Shown here one piece after another: positions 26,196 through 39,300 of a stretch of DNA of 64,000 bases. Each line of letters begins with the position of its first letter. The stretch's first letter is position 1. Position numbers and translations under genes: made by a program. Source of the stretch: Okamejei kenojei (lineage: Eukaryota); contig CM069162.1 of NCBI GenBank assembly GCA_035221665.1, positions 24,490,001 through 24,554,000 on the forward strand, read 5' to 3'. The notes beneath the pieces are model-generated. The model ran no database searches and was not told where the DNA came from. It saw only the letters and a program-made list of their open reading frames with translations.

Positions 26196-27220
26196 CTATT
26201 TTGTTGCATATCGTTTGCATGCAATAACTGCCTGAAGTCTGCGATTCATGGACATCACCAGTTGCTGGGTGTTTTCTCTGGTGATGCTCTGCCAGGTTTG
26301 TATTGCCGCCATCTTTAGCTTACGCTTGTGTTGGGGGCTAGTCCCCTTCAGTTTTCTCTTCCGCATTTAAATGTCATCTTCAATTGGGTTCAGATCGGGT
26401 GATTGACTTTGCCACTCCAGAATTGACCATTTTTTAAGCTTTGAAAAACTCCTTTGTTCCTTTAGCAGTATGTTTGAGATCATTGTTTTGCTGTAGAATG
26501 AACCGCTGGCCAAAGAGTTTTGAAGCATTTGTTTGAACTTGAGCAGATAGGATGTGTCTACATACTTCAGAATTCATTATGCTACTACCATCAGCAGTTG
26601 TATCATCAATGAAGATAAGTGAGCTAGCACCTTCAGCAGCCATAATGCCCAGGCCATAGCACCCCCACCATCGTATTTCACAGATGAGGTTGTCTGCTTT
26701 GGACCTTGGGCAGTTCCTTCTCTCCTCCATACTTTGCTCTTGCCATCACTCTGATACAAGTTAATCTTCATCTCATCTGTCCACAAGACCTTTTTCCAGA
26801 ACTGTGGTGCTCTTTTAAGTACTTCTTGGCAAACTGTCACCTGACCATCCTATTTTTGCAGCTAACCAGTGGTTTGCATCTTGCAGTGTAGCCTCTGTAT
26901 TTCTGTTCATGAAGTCTTCTGCAGACAGTGGTCATTGACAAATCCACACCAGACTCCTGAAGAGTGTTTCTGATCTGCTGGACAGGTGTTTGGGGATTTT
27001 TCTTTATTATAAAGAGAATTCTTCTGTCATCAGTGGGTCTTCCTTGGCCTGGCAGACCCTTTGTGATTAGTAAGCACACCAGTGCTCTCTTTCGTCTTAA
27101 TGCTGTTCCTAAAAGTTGAGTTTGGTAATCCTAAGGTCTTCTGATGTCTCTAACAGTTTTATTCTTGTTTCTCAGTCTCATAATGTCTTTGACTTTCATT
27201 GGCAAAACTTTGGTCCTCAT
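26196..27220 (-). pseudogene. Tc1 DD34E transposase pseudogene with multiple frameshifts
   Basis: Fragments MRTKVLPMKVK, GRP..DDRRIL, FWKKVLWTDE, FILQQNNDLKH (second Asp mutated), SPDLNPIE and RRLQAVIACKRYATK*. Confidence 0.93.
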
Positions 27221-29364
27221 GTTGATAAACAGCAATAAAAGTTTCCAAAGGTGATGGAAAGACTGTAAAAAAGCTGAGAGCTCTCTTATACCTGCATTAA
27301 GGAGGCAATTAAACACACCTGAGCAATTGCAAACACCTGTGAAGCCATGTGTCCCAAACATTATGGTGCCCTGAAATGGGGGGGCTATGTATAAACACAG
27401 CTGTAATTTCTACATGGTGAAACCAAAATGTATTAAAATGGCCTTTTATAAAATCTGACAATGTGCACTTTAACCACATGTGATTTTCTTCTATTACAAA
27501 TCTCAAATTGTGGAGTACAGAGGCAAATAAATAAATGATGGGTCTTTGTCCCAAACATTATGGAGGGCACAGTTTTATAGTGTTTCTAATGCTATGGAAA
27601 AAAAAAATAAACCAAAGTGCAGAAAGCTTACATCTCAGATATATATGGTACACACTAAATATATTAAATTTGATGTGCATTTTAAACAAATGGCAACCAT
27701 AAAAAGCATCAACACCATACAAAGTGAGAAAGCCATCAAACAAGTGCAAAATAAATAAAAATGTATCTAACAGAATTTTACAGCTTCATTCCATCTATAA
27801 AAATAACACACATCACTAGGCAAATACCCAACTACATAGACCAAATGGCCCTAAACTCCAAATAACTAATCCCAGTCTTCCTCACCTAGCAAAGATATTG
27901 TGCCATTTCGGGAGGAACATTTCAAAATAATATCTCCTCGTGACACCTTAATTGGATATGAACGTTTGGATCAGGCCACCCGCATGAAGAGGACATTATG
28001 CTTGCAAAACTGAATTGCACGCACATGCTTGCAAAACTGAATTGTCCAGAGAAGCAGAAATGTCAGGCCATTTTTTTGCTGATACTAACAGCCAACTGAA
28101 GCTCTTATTTTATTACATGATATTGCCTTGAACAGAGATCAAACTAGAGCTTTGTCTTTGTCCCTTTAATATTCTTTCATTAGTCAATATTCATTTCATT
28201 TCAGGAATAGTTCCTCTGGTACCACTGTTGGCTGCAACAGCGTCATACAATCTGTTTAATCCACAATGGAAATAATCTGCAACTATTCAGCACTTGAAAA
28301 ACTCATGCAACTGCCACCTCTCCCAAACTGTAATGCGAATGAAAATATTTTAAAGCCTCAACAATATACAATGTGTTCCAAATATAGGATACAGACCTTG
28401 CAAAGATCAAGATATTTCAAAACAGCAATTATTAATCATCATACTTCTATATAGTTTTGAATTTTCAGGACATTATTGGAAGCTCTTTTAACGTGAATGT
28501 GCTTGCAAGCACGAGAGTAGACCTTATCAGCAGACCCAAGTAAAGTTCTTAAATGTTGGGCCAATATGTGAACAATGTCCTCAATGCTCTCACAAATGAT
28601 AGTGGCAATCCCAATTGCTCCAACTACATTTGCCATCAATGGCAAATCTGTAGCTTTCAGAAGTTCACTCCATTTGTTAAACTGTTTAAAATGAACCTTG
28701 CACACAAATTCCTCCTTTTAAAAGCCAAACCAGTTAAGTGCATTGTTTAACTGAATTTCGTGAACAATCGTGCTTTATCTGTCAATCCTCTTTGCTGCTA
28801 CCCATACAGTAAACTATAATCAAGCTCTTTTATGCTGTTCAGCTTCTTGGGACTGCTCCGACTTAGTCCCACTGACCTACGTGATTGGTGCTGATATATA
28901 GTTTACATGAGATTCTCTATGTGTTATCATCATTTCCATTAACTCACTTTGGCCCATTACTACATACTGCCACATAACATCATCATTTGTAGAGAAGAGA
29001 TTTCCTCACTTCAAAAATGTATAATGTATAAAATGTAATGTATAAAAACCCTGCAGCGCTTGATCTAATTTGCATCATCTTTTGCTCATCCATTGCTCAT
29101 TGATTTGTACTGGCTCCCAATTGAACAACACAGTAATTTTAAAATATTAATTTTTATTTTCAAATCTTTGCCTGTATCCTGCTTGATCATCCTGAATTTT
29201 TTTTAAACTCCATGATCATTGGTTGTATCTCAGATGGCTAGCAAGCCCTTGAACTCTGGGAGCACCTCCCTTCTACTCTAGAACACTCGAAACATAACAC
29301 TTTGAAGCCTTTGAAACAAATGTTCTACATTGCAGTATCAAATATTTTGAAGGAAGGAAGGCGT

Positions 29365-29439
29365 AGATTCAAGAGAGTTTATTGTCATGTGTCCCAGATA
29401 GGACAATGAAATTCTTGCTTTGCTTCAGCACAACAGAAA
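29365..29439 (-). mobile_element. Rex1-like LINE 3' tip
   Basis: Essentially identical to 57873-57947 (GATTCAAGAGAGTTTATTGTCATGTGTCCCAGATAGGACAATGAAATTCTTGC). Confidence 0.8.
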
Positions 29440-29677
29440 AGGGCCTGTCACACTTGGCGACTTTTTCGGCGACTGCCAGCGTCATATCAGTGTTGCCAAA
29501 AGATTTTAAACATTTCAAAATCCTGCAGCGACAAAAAAAATGTTGCGACACTTGAAAAAACACCACGCGTCAATACGTCATCACGCCGTGTCATGCCGCA
29601 AATTTTTCGGTGACCTGATAAGTCAGTCAATGATTGCGGGCAGTCGCCGAACAAAATCGGCAAGTGGCACAGACCCT
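29440..29677. mobile_element. Palindromic MITE, probably PIF/Harbinger type
   Basis: Imperfect TIRs AGGGCCTGTCACACTTGGCGA / TCGGCAAGTGGCACAGACCCT, CpG-rich interior, followed by TAA. Confidence 0.65.
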
Positions 29678-30267
29678 TAAGTGTTTAGGTGGTGAACAGG
29701 ATCCAATTAGCCTAGTTGTTTTCCCCTTGATGGTAAACCTTTTCAGTGTTACTGGATGGCAAACCTTTTCAGTGTCAATGGAGTAACACTCACCCAGGAA
29801 GATGAAGAGCATTCCATCACATTCCTAACATACCTTAGTGTATAACTGGCTGCAGCATATCCAGCTTCGTTGTTACAGACACTAGATACACGATCCAATT
29901 GAGCCTCTGGTCAATGATGTTGATGTTAATGACACTCCTTCCAAATCTCAAGAGAGATAATTAGAAACTCTTGCTGCAGATGATCATTGTCTGGCACTCA
30001 TGCCGTCTGAAGGTGACTTGGTACTGATCATCCCATGCCCGAATGTGGTCAAGATCATGCTGCATGCAGGGTTAGTTGCTTCATTATCCAAGTAACATGA
30101 GTGGAACTGCACACCATGTCAACAGAAGCATCTCCACTTCTGACTTATGTTGGTAGAAGGATCACTGATGCCATCTGAGCAAAAAAACCTTTCTTTGTGC
30201 TGGGAAATACTCCAGCAAATGAACAGCTTCTCTTGAATTCCTTTGCCTTCAATTTCTCTTATCCTCC

Positions 30268-31230
30268 ATGGACGAGGGAATTAAATGCAACATCTCGAAG
30301 TTTGCGGATGACACGAAGCTGGGGGGCAGTGTTAGCTGTGAGGAGGATGCAAGGAGGCTGCAGGATGACTTGGATAGACTGGGTGAGTGGGCAAATGCAT
30401 GGCAGATGCAGTATAATGTGGATAAATGTGAGGTTATCCATTTTGGCGGCAAAAACAGGAAGGTAGACTATTATTTGAATGGTGACCGATTAGGAAAAGG
30501 GGAGATGAGGCGAGACCTGGGTGTCATGGTACACCAGTCATTGAAAGTAGGCATGCAGGTGCAGCAGGCTGTGAAGAAAGCGAATGGTATGTTGGCATTC
30601 ATAGCAAAAGGATTTGAGTACAAGAGCAGGGAGGTTCTACTGCAGTTGTACTGGGTCTTGGTGAGGCCACACCTGGAGTATTGCGTACAGTTTTGGTCTC
30701 CTAATCTGAGGAAAGACATTCTTGCCATAGAGGGAGTACAGAGGAGGTTCACCAGACTGATTCCTGGGATGGCACGACTTCCATATGAAGAAAGACTGGA
30801 TAGACTCAGCTTGTACTCGCTGGAATTTAGAAGATTGAGGGGTGATCTCAGAGAGACTCACAAAATTCTTAAGGGGTTGGACAGGCTAGATGCAGGAAGA
30901 TTGTTCCCGATGTTGGGGAAGTCCAGGACAAGGGGTCACAGTTTAAGGATAAGGGGGAAGTCTTTTAGGACCGAGATGAGAAAATCATTTTTCACACAGA
31001 GAGTGGTGAATCTGTGGAATTCTCTGCCACAGAAGGTAGTTGAGGCCAGTTTGTTGGCCATATTTAAGAGGGAGTTGGATGTGGCCCTTGTGGCTGAAGG
31101 GATCAGGGGGTATGGAGAGAAGGCAGGTACAGGATACTGAGTTGGATGATCAGCCATGATCATATTGAATGGCAGTGCAGGCTCGAAGGGACGAATGGCC
31201 CGCTCCTGCACCTAATTTCTATGTTTCTAT
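30268..31230 (+). mobile_element. Young 5'-truncated CR1 LINE with an uninterrupted 290-aa ORF2 C-terminal part (30268-31140)
   Basis: KFADDTKLGG RT motif, [29 protein letters not shown] and FFTQRVVNLWNSLP; 3' tail TTTCTATGTTTCTATG. Confidence 0.96.
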
Positions 31231-31243
31231 GCCACAATGGATC

Positions 31244-31382
31244 TTCTTCTTCTTACATATTACGTGAACAGCCTAAATTTGTAGGACAACTTGTTCTATT
31301 TGATCTTATTTGATTGTGCACGCCAAGTTGATTGCATTTGTCAAAACAGGACAGACCACGAAAAGGTTGCAATCTCCCACCC
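31244..31382 (-). mobile_element. Short (~140 bp) retroposon with an (AAG)n tail
   Basis: (CTT)n at the left end, flanked by CCACAATGGATC (31232-31243) and CCACATTGGATC (31383-31394). Confidence 0.65.
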
Positions 31383-32632
31383 CCACATTGGATCAAACAC
31401 TATCTTTATGTTAAGATAGTCACCTCGCCAAAACCAGCTGTGGAAGCCTGGAGAAAAATAGTCTGATCAATCATTAGTAAACAAATTATTATGGAACAAC
31501 TACAACTTGGCTCGTTTTCAACAATCTTCCATCGTTTTCCTGATCCTGGACAATACTTAGCCAGAGTGAATCTATCTTGATTTTTTATGGACCACCAGCA
31601 AAACTTTTCTGAAAACCCAAATTTGCTCCATTTCACTCTTCTCCTATATACCCTAATTAAAAGCCAAATATTGGACATTCCTCTAAATAACTACTCATTT
31701 GATTTAGCTGCCATTTTTTCTCTATAAAGCTCACTGGAATGCCAAAGGCATGATATCCATGCATGCTGTCCTTCACATCTCTAACAGCATTCAAATGGAA
31801 TTCTCAGGCAATTCAAAAACGGTGTCATGTGATCAGCAATATTTGTCCAATATGGTCAAGGTTATGACCTTGGTTATGGTTATGACAAGGTTATTGTCAA
31901 GGTCAAACATGATAGTTGAGGAAATAAACTATATATGTAATCAATAAAGTTGCAATGTCAAGACCATAAATGTTATACTCTGAAAGAATACCAGTAAGGT
32001 TACACCACCCAAAGTATACTGACAAAATTGCACGAGGAAGGACTTAATCTTGCACTCCATATACTTGATTGCGCAAGTAAAGATCCACCACAGGTTTGGG
32101 TTCTACCAGTTCTCGTTTTTTGTTACCTTATTAGCCATATCCAAATCAACATACATTTTGCTAATTCTCCTTCAAGTGGCTCAACCTGGAGGTTTCTCTT
32201 CGCTTAAAAATGTCACCATAATATTAAATGATGAGTTTATATATCAAATTAATATTGTTCGCTTTCCACATCTACATTTAAGAATTTGCTAAAAAGAGAC
32301 TGGTTTAGATATCAGGATGGGGTAAAATAAACTGCTAGCTTACCCAAAGGAGCCAAAACCAACTTCAGCAGCTTCATGACAGACTGTCTGACATCAGTAA
32401 ACTCAGTCCAGATAGATAATGGAACTGATACATTTCCTGCCTCCTATAGCACAGACAAGTGAATCTTGATATATTTAATTGAAATTATGTCCAAGGTATT
32501 ATGTTGGTTAGAATTAGGAAAAATTGAATTGCATGCCACTCAACCGCAGCATCACACACCACTACAGTACACAGGAAAAGCTTTTTCCAGAAGATATAAA
32601 ACTACAATTAATGTTTTGTCTGAAGTAAACCG

Positions 32633-32766
32633 AGTCTGAAGAAGAGTCTCGACCCGAAACGTCACCCATTCCTTCTCTCCAGAGATGCTGCCTGTCCCAC
32701 TGAGTTACTCCAGCATTTTGTGTCTATCTTCGATTTAAACCAGCATCCGCATTTCTTTCCTATACA
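32633..32766 (+). mobile_element. Penelope-derived repeat, single arm
   Basis: GTCTGAAGAAGAGTCTCGACCCGAAACGTCACCCATTCC...AAACCAGCATC. Confidence 0.8.
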
Positions 32767-33149
32767 ATAGCAAGAATAACTAAGGGCTGCAATAGAAAGC
32801 ATGAACATCAATGATTTAAACAAAACTCTTCTTTAACATATAAATTTTAAAAATATGTAAAACTGTTGGGAGCCAGCAAGGCTAAATAAATTTGGACGGA
32901 TTTAATGGCCTTGAGCGAGCTTGCATCTTTAGTATACTGCTACTACACTAAAGGTTTTCAATATATTCTTACAATATCACAGGTAGATGATTTGCTGTTC
33001 AAAATTGACTTTCAAATGTTTAACTCCCCAACCATTTGCTGAGTAGGGAGAGCATGATCACTGCCACAAGTTGCTAAACTACATAATCCAACCTGCCCAC
33101 TCCGCACTGTGGCAAAGGATTACAAAGATTCGAAACTCAAAGATTTTGA

Positions 33150-33535
33150 GTCGCTGCCTCAAAAAGGCTGGCAGCATCATCAAGGAACCACACCATCCTG
33201 GCCACACACTCATCTCCCTGCTACCTTCAGGTAGAAGGTACAGGAGCCTGAAGACTAGTAGTTGAAGACAACGACCAGGTTCAGGAATAGCTACTTCCCC
33301 ACAGCCATCAGGCTATTAAACCTGGCTCGGACAAAACTCTGATCATTAATAACCCATTATCTGTTATTTGCACTTTATCAGTTTATTTATTCATGTGTGT
33401 ATGTATTTATATAATGATATATCGACACACTGATCTGTTTTGTAGTAAATGCCTACTATGTTCTGTGTGCTAAAGCAAAGCAAGAATTTCATTGTCCTAT
33501 CAGGGACACATGACAATAAACTCACTTGAACTTGA
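33150..33535 (+). mobile_element. Rex1/Babar-like LINE 3' fragment
   Basis: RCLKKAGSIIKEPHHPGHTLISLLPSGRRYRSLKT and a 3' CAATAAACTCACTTGAACTTGA tail. Confidence 0.85.
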
Positions 33536-33859
33536 GATTCACTACTCTCTGGTGAATACATTTTTTGTCTCTGTCCTGCTTGCCAACTCTTATTTTGAGA
33601 CCCCTGGTTCCAGACACCTCTCCTAGGAGAAGGATCTACCCTGTCAAAATTGTGCCCAATTGAGAGATCATCTCTCTTTCTGAACTTGAGATATAGATTC
33701 CATCAGTTTACGCTTTCTTCTTTGCTTATCCCAACTTAACCCCCATCCTCATCCCAGGTAACAGTCTGGAAAATTTTCATTGCACCTCCTCTATTGAAAA
33801 TAAATCTTCTTAGGATAGGGATTCCAGGCTCTTACATAATACGTCCAAAGGCCACTCCC

Positions 33860-34480
33860 AGTTCCCAGTTGCATGCTATTTCAATTATCCTCATCAGTTC
33901 TACATCCTTGGCTTTCTCCTCTGCCAGGGTGAAGCCCGTCCAAATGAGCGAAACACATATTTCTCCCATGGGTTTCTTCCCCCCCCCCCCACCCCACCAC
34001 CCCTGCTTCTGATACCATCTGCCATTCGCCTCTCCATTAATGATTCACCATCCTTACTTACCAAATGCCCGCACACCCAGCATTGATGTTCCTGCTTATT
34101 TCCTTTCAGCAGCTGTCTCCACCTTCACCTTCCCCTCTCACCATCTACCTTTGTTTTAGTCTGAAGAAGGGTTTGGGCCCGAAACGTTGCCTATTTCCTT
34201 CGAGTCTGAAGAAGGGTTTCAGCCCGAAACGTTGCCTATTTTCTTCGCTCCACAGGTGCTGCTGCACCCGCTGAGTTTCTCCAGCACTTTTGTCTACCTA
34301 CCTTTGTTTTAGTCTGCCTCAATCTAACATCCACCTTCCTCTCTCTGAACTCTATCCCTCATGTACCAGGCTCCATTTACTCTCAGTCCTGATACAGTGC
34401 TTTGACCCATAATGTAAATAATTCTTCCCCACCCTCCCATATATGCTGCTCAACCCGCTGAGTACCACCAGCAGATTGTT
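33860..34480 (+). mobile_element. Old Penelope remnant containing a younger Penelope-derived arm (~34160-34297) with two tandem hammerhead motifs
   Basis: Degenerate GIY-YIG tail (CCAGTTGCATGCTATTTCAAT...CTCTGCCAGGGTGAAGCC). CTGAAGA...GAAACGTT at 34161 and 34206. Direct repeat CTACCTTTGTTTTAGTCTG at 34145-34163 and 34298-34316. Confidence 0.75.
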
Positions 34481-34829
34481 CATTGTTATGTCAACAATTC
34501 ACTTGCAGGAACAATCTACTTCCACTGATCAATCTCTTCCCATTTAAATTATGTGATTTTTCTTTCTTTTTCCAAAATAGATAGCCTCACATATTTCCCC
34601 ATTATATATTTGATCTAGCATGTCCACACTCACTTATCCTGCTACAACGTCCAACTTTCCCACCACTGCACATCCTCATAGATATTTTACTCTTGATTTC
34701 CATGTCCAAATTATTGATAAAAATGATATGGTCAGAGATCTGATCTTTTCAATGCTTGTCCTAGACTTTCGATAAGCCAACCCTCAATTGTCAATAAATT
34801 ACTTACAAATCAAATGTGCTATTATTTTA

Positions 34830-35000
34830 GGGTCACAGAGTTATATAGCACGGAAACAGATCCCTTGACATCAACCAAATTGCCCATCTGAGCTTGTCCC
34901 ATTTGCCCGTGTTTGGCCCATAATCCTCTAAACCTTTCCTAGTCATTTACCCGTCTAAATGTCAATTAGACATAGAAATCGTATCCGCCTCCACTACTTC
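34830..35000 (-). mobile_element. CR1 LINE 3' end within older CR1-like debris (~34500-35700)
   Basis: GTCACAGAGTTATATAGCACGGAAACAG...TTTGGCCCATAATCCTCTAAACCTTTCCTA, similar to 7200-7390. Confidence 0.7.
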
Positions 35001-35757
35001 TGGTATTTAGTTGAATAACATTGATTGGCACCTTGCCGAATGCCTGCTGAAAGGCCTAGTGCTGATATATCAGATCCACTGGCTGTCCCTTATCAATTAC
35101 ACCTGTTAGATCCTCAAAACACACCAACAGATTTACCTAACACAATTTCCAGTTCATAAATCAATGCTCTCCTACTTGTATCCTGCACCTGTATACCCAC
35201 CTCCTTCAAAACATTTACATTTATATTTTCTCCAAACTAATACAAATATCTTTCATCCCCTCATTCAATCATCTTGTTGATCTTAACTATTTCCAGGAGA
35301 TTTTCATTAATTTCCTGATTTCTCATTATAATTTCTCGTGTCTCAGATCTTTTACTTTTTACTGATCTTTTCTTTTTCGTGTACTGTACAAAAACAGTTT
35401 TTATAGCCTGCTTTTATACTGCATTCTAGATTAACCTCACTTTAGTCCTCCCTTTCCTTATTTATATTCAGGTAGTCATTTGCTGAATTCCAATATCTTT
35501 GCATCCATCAGCCTTACTGATCCTTTTTAGCCACATTTTAAGTCTTCCTTTGATCTAATATTATCTATAACTACTCAAAAGCCATATGCAAATCGTGCAT
35601 CTTGGTGTATTTTGGTGTCTTAAAATATGATATTAATTATTGGAAATTTTCCACAACTTATCATAGCCAAGGTATCATATTCTGTTAACTTTAATTTGCT
35701 TAGATGTATGACCCGTGTTTCGAATTGAATTAAATCACCTTCGATATTTATATAATA

Positions 35758-36300
35758 CTAGACCAAGGGGAACCCGTTGGGTCCCGTCCCCTCGACACGC
35801 GGTAGTGGGGGGGGGAGGGGGCGGGGGCCTGCGGCGTCACACACACATACACGGGGGGGGGGGGGGGCGAGGGAGGGGNNNNNNNNNNNNNNNNNNNNNN
35901 NNNNNNNNNNNNNNNNNNNNNNNNNNNNNNNNNNNNNNNNNNNNNNNNNNNNNNNNNNNNNNNNNNNNNNNNNNNNNNNNNNNNNNNNNNNNNNNNNNNN
36001 NNNNNNNNNNNNNNNNNNNNNNNNNNNNNNNNNNNNNNNNNNNNNNNNNNNNNNNNNNNNNNNNNNNNNNGGGTGGGAGGAAGAGGAGCGGTAGGGGGGA
36101 GGGGGAATGGAGGGAGGAGGGGGGAATGGAGGGGGGGTAGAGGGGAGGGGGATGGGAGGGGGAGGGGGGGAGGGTGGAGGGGAGGGAGAGGGAGAGAGGA
36201 GGGAGGAGGGAAGGGAGAGGGAGAGGGAGAGGAGGGAGGAGAGAGGGTGGGTAGAGGTGGGGGGGGGGGGAGAGGGGAGGGGAGCAGGAGGGAGCTTAAC
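35758..36300 (-). mobile_element. Non-autonomous Helitron 3' end with a G-rich tract and an assembly gap (35879-36070)
   Basis: A|CTAGACCAAG GGGAACCCGTTGGGTCCC is the reverse complement of the hairpin+CTAG terminus at 57079-57106. The right boundary is uncertain. Confidence 0.7.
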
Positions 36301-39300
36301 ACGCTGACCTTGAAAATAATTTCCTAAGTTCCCCAAGGATTTGGCTTTTGGAGTATTATTGCTAATGTGATTTTCCCAGTCAATATGTAAATTAAAGTCA
36401 GCCGTGATGGTTTTTATCCTAGAGATTTATTTATATCATCCGTGTTACACGTCTCCAAAATTCACGATTTATTCTAATGCCATTTGGAGGCAATGGACAA
36501 CTCCCACTAACATGTATTTGCCCCTTGCTGTGTCTTAACTCCACCAAATTAAATATTTTCCCTTTACTACCTTCATCCCATTCTTTACCTTGGTCACTTT
36601 GGAATCACATTTCTCGAATGGCTATTAGATCATACCCACTTATCTGCAATGTGTTGAGTGGTGTATGCATTCAGATAATGAGCTTTAAACTTTATCTCGC
36701 CACCATTTTCCTTGCATTGACTCCATGGAGGTATATTCTTCCGTTTGCCTGTGTTGTACCTTCAGGACAAAGTCTACACACTGTTACCAATTCCACGACC
36801 CTCTATTGTCACCTTGGACATTTTTTTTGCTAAATTTCTCCTCAGCAAGACACTCCTTACCCACAACCATCACTAGTGTGGGCAAATTAAGGGCAATGCC
36901 AATACCTTACCATCTTCTTATCAATATATTTGGCTCATGCCATAATTAGCTAAGAATTTTAAGAATTATAATGCCCACAAAGGGATTATTGTTGCAACAA
37001 CCATTGCTGTAACTCCAATTTCAAAATTTAATAATGTAGAACCAATTCCTTCCTTTCAGAATCAGAAAGTTAACTTTTGAATATTTAACCAAAAATTCCA
37101 TTAATACGACGGGATTTTTTTTTCTGGAGATGACCGTTAGCTTTTATCTCTTTGCCTCCAGGCTGTGTAGTGAATGTAGTAGTGGTGAGGAGCAGGGAAC
37201 ATTTATGGTATTTGTTAGAAATGTATCCCATTACAGGGTACCCTGCAATCATTCTACCATGAGAAATGCATGCTTGATAGAGATAAGAGGTAATTAACAT
37301 CCATGGAACAATACCTCAAGAAGGGCGATACAGATTTTTAGGAATGGGCTGGAAACCAGGTGATTATAATAGGACAACTGTGGGAAAAAATCTTGATTGA
37401 CATGCAGTAATGTCATGATGAAATAGTTCAAAAGTGAAATGACTACCACCAACCATTATTTACAGATTTCCCACACTTTCCAAAGCTCAAGCCATTAAAC
37501 TTCACTGCAAGTGGAAGAAAAGATTACATTACTGGCATATTTCCAGCAAATCCACCGTGCACCTTAAAAATCTTATCAATATAACCAAATGTAAAAAAAA
37601 TCTTCAAATGCACTCCCTCAAGACTTAAATATTCAGAAATACTCTAAAGCAATATCAATCTATCAGGCTAAATGTTAGCTCAAACTGGCTGCAGTACTTG
37701 TCTAATGTTTCGTGAATTCTTTCCTTTTCTCTTTTATTTTGAGAAACTTGGGTTGGCGAAAGTCCATCGCACAGGATACCAGCAAGGGCAAGTTAAGCTG
37801 ATCAATCAAACCCGTGATTAGATCTCACAAAACTTGGGCTTTAAAAGCTCATAGATTGCATGCGTAAGGGAATGCGGAGGGAAATGAGATGTTCCACAGT
37901 TCTAAAATCCAATGAAAAAAATCAGTAAATCAGGGATAAGTCATAAGATGGGTTGTTGCAACCTAGAAGAAACAAGGATATTAAATTAATATTTTTCAAC
38001 CTGCTATATTACTAGTTTTAGGTGTACTTTTAAAAAAATCTGTGAACCAGTGAAGATTAATTTTGATTTTAATCTCATTGTCAGTACACCCGATTTCCTT
38101 TACTATCCATTATTGCCATCAATACCTGAAATAAAACATTACTCTATGCTAATTTCTTACAGATATTTCTACTACTTTCATTTTTTCCTGAGCACACCAG
38201 TAATATAATTACACAGTACTAAGTTGTTACAGAGTTGGTAAAACTACCAAAGGGTTCCTTGCATTGACAGTGATGTAAAGAGCAATAGAGTCAACTTCTG
38301 AATGATTGTTCACATGCCGTGTTGTATTACAGAAATATCGTAAGCTGTCTATATGGGAATAAGAAAGGTACATAAAGCAAATAGGGTCTCTCCAAATAAT
38401 ACACTTGGTCCACCTATGGAAAGAAATACATATTGTTTAGTCAGGACCAAAAACGACAACTAAAAGAACAGAACCAACTTGGCAGCCAAAGTAGCCATAT
38501 CCAATGGAGTTGATATTAGTTTAGGAAAATAAATTTTAAGCGTAGACGTTACAAAAGGTGCAACAAAATTGCATTTCCATAAAAGATGTTGGACGTATGG
38601 GTAGAAATAAAGAGAAGCTCTTCTGAATACAGATCTAAATTTAATTTGCATCCACCTCATGTATTACTAAGAGCATCATGCTTCGCATGTCAAACAGCAG
38701 CTGTGAAACAAAGGGTTAAGGCTGTCTCCTTCCCAATTTATCTAAAATTTATTGGAAAATATGTCAACACTTAATGTGAATAAGGCTTTTTAAAAACCTT
38801 AAAAACATGCCTCAATATATTCCAGCACATATAGTGGATAATTTCTATTCTTTGATAGGCATAAGAAATGTTTCATTTCAGCTTAAATCAAGATCACAAA
38901 TATTCCATAATATATTAAATATTGATTTGCTTGTATTAAGTGATGCAATTCTTCTTTACTGAAAAAAAATTCAAAAGATAATTTTGGCTCAATTTTCCCG
39001 CAAATTTCTGCCAATAGTAAGTAAACGGACAAATCGACATGTAACTTAATACATTTTTGCTATGTCATTAGTTTTTTTCCATAAAATACATGCAATGAGC
39101 ATATGCTATCAATCTTTCAAGTAAATCAGCATAATCATTATGTTATGTTAATGGAATAAATAATACCATGGAACAACTACAATTTACTTGAAATTACAAG
39201 ATTATGCAATGGTTTTGCATTTGCACAAATTGTTATATTTACAGGGAAATTACAGGCTGTTCCATATCTATAGAATACTCAACTTGCAGCAGTTTTATTA

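Larger units (their letters stand above)
25258..27572 (-). mobile_element. Full-length but inactive IR/DR-type Tc1 transposon
   Basis: About 225-bp TIRs (25258-25436 plus 26119-26163; 27348-27572), each with inner and outer CCATAAT(G/A)TTTGGG direct repeats. TA at 25256-25257; the right flank reads TT. Confidence 0.95.
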
